This document shows positions 58,701-64,000 of a DNA stretch of 64,000 nucleotides, in pieces; within the stretch, counting starts at the first letter, position 1; every line of letters starts with the position of its first letter. Position numbers and translations under genes: made by a program. This stretch comes from Monocercomonoides exilis PA203 (taxonomy: Eukaryota > Protista > Preaxostyla), in NCBI GenBank assembly GCA_001643675.2, contig LSRY02000041.1, forward strand, positions 186,001 through 250,000, read 5' to 3'. The notes under the pieces are model-generated. The model was not told the DNA's origin. It was given only the letters and a program-made list of their open reading frames with translations, and did no database searches.

Positions 58701-61000
58701 CGAAATGAAATTTGTTGAAATAAAATAATAATAATGAATGAAAGCAGATTATTTTGAGTGGAAAAAAAACCAGAAAAATGTATTGTATTGCAATAAAATA
58801 CAGACAACAACGTTGAAATTCTTCAAAACAAAAGTTGCAAACCAATTGAATCAAGCATTTTTGAGCAGTCGTTTGTTAATATATTCAGTTTTCCAGTTTT
58901 CTCATCCAAGTTACCCTCTCTCACGATTATTGCAGTTCCCTCTCCAACGCATACACTTCTCAAACCACCTGGATTAGGAACAACATGTGCAGATCAAGGC
59001 TCAAAAGTGGATGTTGATGAAGCAGCCGAAGGCACTTCAGATGGAGGATAAGATAAGGATGAGAAGAAAGTAAAGAAGAAGAGAACAAAAAAGAGGAGAA
59101 AGCAGAAAACTCATTATTTCCATAGTCAAACAGTTGGACGCTTTGAAAGTTGAAAAAACAATTTCAAAAAAACTGAAAAAATTGAACAAAAGAAAGTCTG
59201 CTTTCTTTCCTAAAGGCGAATCAAGGACGATAGAGTTGCATTGGTGCGTGATAAAAAATAAAAGGCACTTCCCTCTGGTTTAATTTTCATTGTCCAACAA
59301 ATACAACAGAAAAAAAAGGAAATAGTGGAAAACAGTTAAACACAGATGTTTCCTATTTGAATCACAAAAATGGCAAACTCATTTTAAGTTGCAACATGAG
59401 AATTTGATGGCCATTCAAACAACAAATTCTCAAATACGAAGAAGCTTCTCTTTTCATCAACCAAGCATTAAATATCGTCAATGAAGAGATCGAAGGAAAA
59501 TAAGAAGAAAACTCATAACCCACAAAAATGCAACTTTAAATGAATTGTCACTGAGAATAGCGCTCAAGATAAAAAGTGCTGTTATCTGCGAGAAAAATGA
59601 TTTTTAAAAAAAAATAAAAATTAATTATGCATTGATTATTAAAATTCTATTTTAGAACACATGCACCCCTCCTATTTCATATACAGAAGATTTTCCAATC
59701 ACTGATGCTTCCATTCTCCTTTTCCATTGTTTCCCAGTGCTCATTTTTTCATAATCCTTTAGTCTCCATAAATATCCAACTTTCCACGTTGTCGTTTTCT
59801 TTCCTCATCAAAAATATATTTCCTCATTTTTTCTTTCCATAAGCTGTCCAATTAAAGACATTCTTCGTTTCATTTTTGTCCAAATGGTTTAAAATCGAAA
59901 TTGTTTTGGCATACTGCAACTAAAAGCACATCAGTTATTTTTCACAATTTAATCGTTCCAAGAAAAAATAGAAGTTATATAAGTTAATTATAATCCCTTT
60001 GTTATGAAAGCATGAAAAAATTTCAAAAAAACTTGAAATTGAGTAAGTAAATTTAAAAAACAAAAAATTTTGATCCTATGATCACTTTGATCAGAAATTT
60101 TCAAATTAATAATTCTCTCGAAATAAGGCTTTTCTGAATGTTAAAATAGTATTTCTGCATTGACATCTAACGTGTGCATGTTTGAATTACGAAAAAGAGA
60201 CAAAATTTGAGGATAAAAAATAAAGTGTGTTTACAACTCTCTTATCGTTTTCAATTTTTTTCACTTTTTAAAAACTTCATTGTCTATAAATCCATTTATT
60301 TCAGACATATAAACTACACTCTATAAAACTGTTAACTTAAAGAACAGAATAATAAAAATAAATGAATATTTTTAGGTTTCATTGATGTCCTTCAAGTTTC
60401 ATTATGCCGGTTTTCAAATTAATTCACGTAAAAAAGAAATGGCAAACACACTGAAACTTTAAATTTGATTTTAAATTTTTTTTGCTGATAAATTATCCTC
60501 TGTGACTGTTTTTCATTGATGATTTTGAAATTGCCTGAGTCTGTTTTTTAACATTTCACTATTTCAGTATCTTTCTTTATTCTTCGAAAATCTTAATTGA
60601 TTCAATGAATTCACCATAATTTCATAGGTACTCTCAAATAGTAATTTTATGTTTTTCAATAACCCTTTATAACAATTGTTATTCAATATCTTCCTCATAT
60701 TTGTTTGACAATCGATTTTTGATGCAATCTTCTTTGCTATATTTCGTTATTGATTAAAACATGTATTATTTAGTGCAAAGTTTTTTCAGAATCTTTGTTT
60801 TGGATAATATTTCACAATAATTTGTTCAATAATTTTCAAGAAACCTTATTTGTTATTATTTTCCATCACAAAGTCAATGTTGCAACATAAATAAATTCTC
60901 AAAACTCATTTCTCATTCGTTGAAGTCAAACATTTTCAGTTGCAAATTTTTTCACTGAAAACGCTTGAAGTGCCATATTTTCCCCCATGCATGCAATTAA

Positions 61001-61495
61001 TACTCATCTGTGACATGACAAGATATAAAATTTTTTTTCTGTCTCAAAAAAATAAATAAATAAATAAATAATAAAATAAAATCTGAAATTCGTTAATTAA
61101 TTAATTAAATTTTATTAAATAAAAACAAAATCATTCGATTAATAACGAAATCGTTAAATAGTTCTAAAAAAAGCATTGGGAAAATTTTGTTGATAGAATT
61201 AGAAATATCTGTCTTTTTCTCTTTTGCAGTGAAGGTCAATGACAAATTGTGACAAAAAATTCCTCAACTGATATTTCCTGTCAAAAAAATGTATGTTGGG
61301 AACTTGATCATCTTTATTAAAATCTTGATAATTTCAAAATAATAAGAAATGTTGTATTTCGATTAACAAATTAATTATTACAGACATAAATAATTGTGAA
61401 AATTGTCAAAAATAACCCTTTTTGACAAATTAAAAATATCTTATCAGTCATTTTGTCATTGTTTCAATTTTCTCTTGTCATGTCACAAAGGTCTA
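61001..61495. mobile_element. MITE family A, ~490 bp
   Basis: Perfect 15-bp inverted repeat TGTGACATGACAAGA (61009-61023 / 61473-61487); a related end AGACATGTGTGACACGACA lies at ~43129. Confidence 0.7.
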
Positions 61496-62127
61496 GTAAT
61501 TAATATTGAAATAAATACTATTTTCTGTGTTTTTATTATTTAGAAAATTCATTATCATTTGCCAAATAATTATCTTTTGAAAAGAAGTTGTTTTTCAATC
61601 ATTTCAATAACTAATAGTTGATGAAAAAGAAACACAAAGATGTTTTTGATTGGAATTTTCACTTTTCTGTGACCATTAATATTATTTTTTTTCCATAATT
61701 AACAAACCGAAATCTTTAAGCCAATAAATCTGATTTCATAAATAATCACGCATATTCAACTTATGTTGTTATCATAGTTGTTTGAAATGAATTTGCAACG
61801 AAAAACCTCAAAATATGTGATAAACAATGATAATAAACAAATTAATCATTATAATTTTATATTAATTATCTTCTCTTAACATTATTTATTTTAATTACAA
61901 GAAAAATGGATTCGATCACATATTTGTTATTATTGATTGATTGAGAAAAACCATGAAAGACACCAAAAACTTGTTCAATCTTTCCGTTAGAAAATCTCCA
62001 AATTTTTGATTCGAATCGTTCATGGTTGATTCGATATGGCAGCCGTTTATTTGAACAAAGTTCCTCTCATTCAATTGCAAGGGGGTTTATTTGAATAAAG
62101 TCAGATCATTCGAATAAAAACTTTATA

Positions 62128-62555
62128 CAGTGAAGCTCGGTTATTATCACCTCGGTTGTAATCAAGACCGCGAATAATCACATTTTTTTGTGCATTGATA
62201 AATTTTGCATTTTTTATGTATAATTACATCGGAAATAATCACACTATAATCGAGAATAATCACAATATTTGATAATAAATGGGTATTTTTTGTCTATTTT
62301 GAAATATTTGTAAAAAAAATGAAAGTTGTTTTTTTCCACTTTATGATGAACAATATTTTTCATTAAAACATTATAAATTGAAAAATCGATTCAAATGTGA
62401 GGATTTAAATTAATATTGAAAATTTTCTTTTTTTTCTTCAAAAAAGTACTTCAAAAAAACCTTTCAATGAAAAAGATGGTTCGGTTATAATCAAGTTCGG
62501 TTATAATCACAAAAAATCGTGCAAAATGGATTGTGATTATAACCGAGCTTGACTG
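62128..62555. mobile_element. pogo/Tigger-like MITE, 428 bp (subfamily of P)
   Basis: TIRs CAGTGAAGCTCGGTTATTATCAC / CAGTCAAGCTCGGTTATAATCAC; TA on the left, AA on the right; internal TAATCAC repeats. Confidence 0.88.
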
Positions 62556-62569
62556 AATTTTCATTTCAT

Positions 62570-63117
62570 CCAAAGAAAAATCGATTTTTTGATTTATAGT
62601 TTTTGTTTAACGATTTTTCATAAATACGTTCAAATAAATCCAAAAAATGTGTATTTATGATAGAAATTGATAAAACTAACAAAATATGTGTATTTGAAAA
62701 GAATTTTCTTAAAAGGGGCAAAATATTGTGCTTCAGGCTTTTTCATTGAAAAATTTTGTACATTTCAATGACTTTTTGAGATCAAAAAGCACAGTAAAAA
62801 TGAGTCCATTTTTTGACATTCGTGAAAAACAAGAAAACTTTTCGTTTTGATTTCAGTGATGCCTGGGTGCAGATATGAAAATCAGATATATTTCATAATC
62901 TGAGAATGATTAATAAAGTTATGAGCGAAGCAATTTTTCAGTGCCTCGTGAAAAAAAAGCTTGAAAGTCCGTATTTTCCCCCAAATGGATAATTGATCAG
63001 AAATAATTTTATTATTTTTCATTTTTACTATGTGAAGTTGCATCGTATTTTTCCACAATCGGTTTAAGTCACAAAAAGTTGTGCAAAAACCGATGTGATA
63101 ATAACCGATTTTGTCTG
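62570..63117 (+). mobile_element. Degenerate family-P MITE interrupted by a family-G MITE
   Basis: 62575-62710 resembles 7750-7882, and 63054-63117 matches the right end 7966-8029 (CACAAAAAGTTGTGCAAAAACCGATGTGAT). Confidence 0.7.
62714..62983 (-). mobile_element. MITE family G, 270 bp, nested
   Basis: AGGGGCAAAATATTGTGCTTCAGGC ... GCTTGAAAGTCCGTATTTTCCCCCA; AA on both flanks. Confidence 0.85.
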
Positions 63118-64000
63118 CACTTTGTTATTAATATATCAACAAAAATACATAATATTGAATTAAAAAATTTTTATGGCAAGTGAAAATGCAAAAAGCGTTC
63201 ACATATTCGAATGTGGATGAGTATTTCGAAAGAATTTGTCAAGTGTGCATGTTTTTGCACAAGTGATAATTTGTGCCCATAACAATAAGCACATTTTATT
63301 TCTATGAAGGCTGAGATACCAATTCCAATAAAAAACCAAAAAAAAAAAAAAAAATAAAATTACTAAAAAATATATAAAGATTATTTCAGAATAATAAAAA
63401 AAAGATTGAAGAAAAAGAAAGGAAAAAGAAAAAGAAAAGAAAAAAAAATTATGATTTTGAATGAACAAACGTTGTGGCTTTGCATTACAAGACATAAGTT
63501 ATCTAGCTCAAATGCTTGATGGTAGGATTTTGATCCTCTTATCTCCTCTATGTGAGGAATGCACTTATTGCAAATCACATTTAAAATTTTTGCACTAAAT
63601 ATAGAAATGTAAATTATTAAGGTTTTTTTTTTCCAAAAAGTGGGTTATAAAATTTTTGTCGGGAAAAAATAACTTTGTGTGATATCGGAACATTTCGATC
63701 TGAAACAGTTTGAAACAAATTTTTGTTTTTTTCATCAAACATAAAAAATTCATTCCATTTGAAATTTGCACTTAAATCTGCATTGTGTTTGATGCTGTTT
63801 TCATTTGTTAATATATACACCAAAAATTATTCAAGATCGAAAAACTTTAATTCGAAATCGTAAAAGTTTAAAACAACATCGAAAAGGAAGTTGATAAGTG
63901 AAAAATTTCAATTCAAGTCAAAGCCAAGGAAATTTTATAGAAACAAATGTTGATAATCGCAAATGTTAATATATTGGATATGTTTTTCTTTCGTTTTAAA

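Larger units (their letters stand above)
54352..60987. mobile_element. Candidate 6.6-kb cargo-carrying TIR element (family G)
   Basis: Left TGGGGGAAAATATGGACTTTCAAGC vs right (reverse complement) TGGGGGAAAATATGGCACTTCAAGC, 22/25 identical; TG on both flanks; the two ends correspond to the two distinguishable ends of the family-G MITEs. Confidence 0.62.

Noticed and set aside
1-64000. tRNA, rRNA or other ncRNA genes
   Set aside because: None recognised by eye; tRNAscan-SE and Infernal would be needed to exclude them.

Overview
Eukaryotic, intron-rich, AT-rich protist DNA in the standard genetic code. The short GTNTG...AG introns, pervasive poly-Ser tracts and a giant beta-helix/TM/pseudokinase surface-protein family point to an oxymonad such as Monocercomonoides (inferred, not proven). 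The window has two domains. (1) 1-43 kb is gene-dense: a TMC/OSCA-like membrane protein (5' partial), 14-exon DDX1, a disrupted ~9.9 kb receptor-pseudokinase gene, Nbp35, a protein with 16 NPF motifs, TPR-less SGT1, a Chibby-like small gene, farnesyltransferase beta, CCDC93, an RPxS/T-rich hypothetical gene, UBXN11 and a bacterial-type PHP histidinol-phosphatase with three introns. (2) 43-64 kb has no recognisable intact gene and is built of nested MITEs of at least four TIR families plus gene debris. The main hunt result is two long segments (44345-51450, 7.1 kb; 54352-60987, 6.6 kb), each bounded by correctly oriented TIRs with TGGG...CCCA termini and matching 2-bp flanks. Each has short MITE relatives nearby and is filled with a mosaic of host-gene fragments, including complementary pieces of IQCH. 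They are candidate Pack-type, cargo-carrying DNA transposons that I cannot assign to a known superfamily. Exon coordinates were read by eye and may be off by a few bases.
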